64,000 bases of DNA from Geosiphon pyriformis uo1 (Eukaryota > Fungi > Glomeromycota). The notes beneath the pieces were generated by a model. The model saw only the letters and a list, made by a program, of their open reading frames with translations, had not been told where the DNA came from and did not search any database. Both the position numbers and the translations under genes were made by a program. Positions 63,647 to 64,000 of this stretch are shown piece after piece. Each line of letters opens with the position of its first letter. Positions within the stretch are counted from its first letter, which is position 1. The stretch is from positions 551,719-615,718 of the forward strand of contig JAAOMT010000523.1 in assembly GCA_016748015.1 (NCBI GenBank), read 5' to 3'.

Positions 63647-64000
63647 GGTAAGCACACGTTTATTGGGAGGATAGAGGAGCAACAGGGAGAAGAGTTTGAA
63701 TACTGTTACTGGTTTTGTGCTATATTGCAAGAGAGGCAGTTGGTATTAGTTGGGGCAGAGCTGGATCGTAGCAGAGCTAGGTTTATACGTAAACCCATTT
63801 GAAAGACAAATAAGCAAGATACGATACGTTTGGGGTCGTAGGAGAAGTGGTTGCTGTGCTGTCAATATTCAATAGTGACTGCCAGGCTTCATTATCTGAA
63901 AGCTCTTTGGAATGTTATCAGCTGAGAAAGGAAAGAGTGGGGGCGTGGCAGACGGGCAAAATTGCTTCTCCGAAATGATGCTCACGTAATCTCTTTCTTA

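Overview
AT-rich eukaryotic repeat cluster. The element families resemble those of an early-diverging fungus (Glomeromycotina-like); that assignment is inference. About 97% of the window is a nest of degenerate Ty3/gypsy (Metaviridae) LTR retrotransposons from at least four related families. From left to right: A(+, <1-8515); an RT relic; B(-); C(-); E1(+); D1(+, 22495-32406); E2(-), which contains F(-), which contains D2(+); G(+); a LINE (RT-RNase H-CCHC, poly-A tail) containing a small non-autonomous LTR element H; an AT-extreme spacer; and a CpG-retaining unknown segment at the right end. All coding regions are pseudogenised, mostly by C>T/G>A transitions. Comparing copies recovers an unusual shared ancestral architecture. 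(1) One gag-PR-Cys-rich domain-dUTPase-RT-RNase H frame apparently starts at GUG, not AUG. (2) A conserved TAA lies right after RNase H, and integrase is a separate ATG-initiated ORF behind a length-variable C/A-rich spacer. (3) A third, non-env ORF of about 210-240 aa has its own TATA box and ends at the polypurine tract. The families also share an anti-PBS segment in U5 and a frame-independent GAGCTCA motif beside the PPT. Target-site duplications are 4 bp in the three cases where both flanks survive. No host gene, RNA gene or CRISPR array could be supported.
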